Of a stretch of 64,000 nt of DNA, positions 62,443-64,000 are shown one piece after another. This DNA comes from Marsupella aquatica (lineage: Eukaryota; Plantae; Marchantiophyta). The translations under genes and the position numbers were made by a program. The stretch lies in assembly GCA_973895155.1 (NCBI GenBank), contig OZ316893.1, forward strand, positions 14,724,645 through 14,788,644, written 5' to 3'. Every line of letters begins with the position of its first letter. Within the stretch, counting starts at the first letter, position 1. The notes below the pieces were generated by a model. That model was not told the origin of the DNA. It was given only the letters and a program-made list of their open reading frames with translations, and ran no database searches.

Positions 62443-64000
62443 AACTCCCCCTTGACTCTTGTCTTGGGGACTGGACTAAATGCTACCATATGGAATCCTC
62501 AGCGGGAAGTTCTAGACAATCACCAAACCAGGTCTCCCCCTAAAAACCACACGGGTTAACTAAGGGTTAACTAGAATTAAGCCGTAGCCATAACAGGATT
62601 GAGTAACTCATATATATAAATCACATCTTGTTAAGTTACTCTACTTGTGCTGCAAATGCAAAACCTGCAAAGTAGCACGGAGTCTTGAGAAACTCTCCAA
62701 AGGAATCACTTTGGTAAAGGCATCAGCGGGATTGAGCTTTCCATCAATCTTGACTAGCTCAAAAGTTTTATCAGACACTGCTTGCCTGATAAAATGGTAC
62801 CTGATATCAATGTGCTTCACCCTGCTATCCATCACCTGGTTAGCAGCCAAGTGAAGAGCACTTTGACTATCACAATTTAGAGTCATTTTGCCATGCTCTA
62901 AACCCATCTCCGCGATCAACTTATCCAACCATTGCTTCCTTTGCTGCTTCTGCTGCTGCAACATACTCTGCTTCTATAGTAGACTGAGAAATGCACTTCT
63001 GCAAGGTAGATTTCCAACTGATACATCCTCCTCCAAGAGTGTATACAAACCCAGTTGTAGACCTCCTTGTATCCAGACAGCCTCCATAGTCAGAATCTAC
63101 ATAGCCAACTAACGTTCTATCTGATCTGTTATCAAATAGTAATCCATAGTCATGTGTTCCCTTCACATACCTGAAAATCCATTTCACAGCTTTCCAGTGT
63201 ACCTTCCCTGGATTTGACATGAATCTGCTAACCTTGCCCATCGCTAGGGCCAAGTCAGGCCTAGTACAAGTCATCAAATACATCAAACTACCTATTGCCT
63301 TCTCATAAGGAATCTTAGTCATCAGACCTTTCTCCACAGCATCTGTAGGAGAGAAAGCCGATGATAACTTGAAATGTGAAGCTAAAGGAACACCCACTGG
63401 CTTACAATTCTCCATGTTGAATCATGCAAGTACTTTCCTCGCATACTGGCCTTGACTCAAGCACAACTGTCCAGTCTCAGAGTTCCTAAAAATCTCCATC
63501 CGTAAGATCCTCTTGGCCTTACCAAGATCCTTCATCCGGAATTCAGCACTCAATTTTGCCTTGAGACTGTCAACCTCAGATTGACCTTTAGCCACAATCA
63601 GCATGTCATCCACATAGATCACCAGAATGATGAAACCAAATACATCATTCTTGACTGATTTCGTATACACACAAGGATCATACACCATCCTTGTAAAACC
63701 TTGAGCAAACATGAAATCATCAAACCGCTTGTTCCACTGTCTGGGAGACTGCTTCAATCCATACAAGGACTTGAGCAATTTGCAAACTAAGTTCTCTTGG
63801 CCCTTTTTCATAAAGCCTAGTGGCTGTCTCATGAAGATCATCTCTTCCAAGTTGCCATAGAGAAAAGCAGTAACAACATCCATCTGATCCATCACCAGAC
63901 CAAAAAACACAACAAGCTGACACAAGATCCGAATTGTGGAATACTTAGCCACCGGTGAAAAGACCTCATTGTAATCCACTCCTTTCTCCTGAGTGAATCC
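62443..64000 (-). mobile_element. Ty1/Copia internal region, RT-RNaseH end of pol (62641 to >64000), pseudogenised and continuing beyond the window
   Basis: Motifs DYNEVFSPVAK, QMDVVTAFLYG, LKSLYGLKQSPRQW, IYVDDMLI, IGSLMYLMTCTRPDL, GYVDSDYGG...RRSTTG and SRVKHIDIRYHFIR. Premature stop at ~63422 and a frameshift at ~62930. Confidence 0.96.

Overview
This is eukaryotic nuclear DNA from a land plant, with GT-AG introns, (GA)n microsatellites and plant-type LTR retroelements. An intact EFHC1/RIB72 axonemal gene points to a lineage with flagellated sperm, most likely a bryophyte, lycophyte or fern. I rebuilt seven protein-coding genes by hand and checked reading-frame phase across every splice junction. 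They are non-specific phospholipase C (+), TSR2 (+), an uncharacterised coiled-coil gene (+), eIF3L (-), TBL3/UTP13/TORMOZ (+), EFHC1/RIB72 (-) and an intronless class I PITP (+). The last ~5.4 kb is a nested, degenerate retrotransposon block: a Copia RT scrap fused to a Gypsy pol, and a second Copia inserted in the Gypsy LTR. I cannot demonstrate a new multi-gene system. The most unusual signals are local duplications that remodel gene structure. (i) A ~163-bp unit repeated 3.5 times in the TBL3 leader, where each copy looks like a complete intron plus a telo-box micro-exon. (ii) A pseudo-exon copy of TSR2 exon 2 inside intron 1. (iii) A decayed copy of TBL3 exon 1 about 15 kb downstream. Also notable are telo-box/site II motifs at all three translation or ribosome-biogenesis genes, a Gly/Tyr-rich N-terminal extension on eIF3L, and several MITE-like elements. 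Family assignments come from motif recognition only; no database searches were run.
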